From Octopus bimaculoides (lineage: Eukaryota), in contig NC_068991.1 of NCBI RefSeq assembly GCF_001194135.2, positions 44,992,512 to 45,028,081 on the forward strand: 35,570 nt of DNA, given 5' to 3'. Shown here piece by piece: positions 35,440 through 35,570 of the stretch. The notes under the pieces are model-generated. The model saw only the letters and a list, made by a program, of their open reading frames with translations. It was not told the DNA's origin and made no database searches. Made by a program: the position numbers and the translations under genes. Positions within the stretch are counted from its first letter, which is position 1. Each line of letters begins with the position of its first letter.

Positions 35440-35570
35440 ACGAGATATTTATACGTAACTTAGCGGTTCGGCAAAAGAGACCTATAGAATAAGTACTACG
35501 TTTACAAAGAATAAGTCCTCGAGTCGATTTGCTCGACTGAAGGCGGTGCTCCAGCATGGCCGCAGTCAAA
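35440..35570 (-). repeat. Young family B repeat running off the window end
   Basis: GTAACTTAGCGGTTCGGCAAAAGAGACC...GGCGGTGCTCCAGCATGGCCGCAGTCAAA is the reverse complement of the family B motif. Confidence 0.85.

Overview
TE-dense animal genomic DNA with seven N-gaps, most likely from an octopus (repeat families recognised from memory, not by search). No host protein-coding gene, true tRNA/rRNA gene or CRISPR array can be supported. Recognisable content: four R4/Dong-like (RLE) non-LTR fragments, four degraded Tx1/L1-clade fragments, two RTE-clade LINE copies, two Penelope-like (Naiad-type) fragments, a one-ended Tc1/mariner element, many SINE and short interspersed repeat copies, and abundant microsatellites. 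The most notable structures are: a ~1 kb inverted duplication with a non-repetitive spacer (21352-22356); an RTE copy with twin-priming-type 5' inversion geometry; a PHD-like zinc-finger remnant inside an RTE reverse transcriptase; a decayed hammerhead ribozyme in a Penelope-like terminal repeat; and a 25-bp minisatellite built from the broken end of the mariner element. I see no convincing evidence of a novel multi-gene system. The findings concern TE biology and genome structure.
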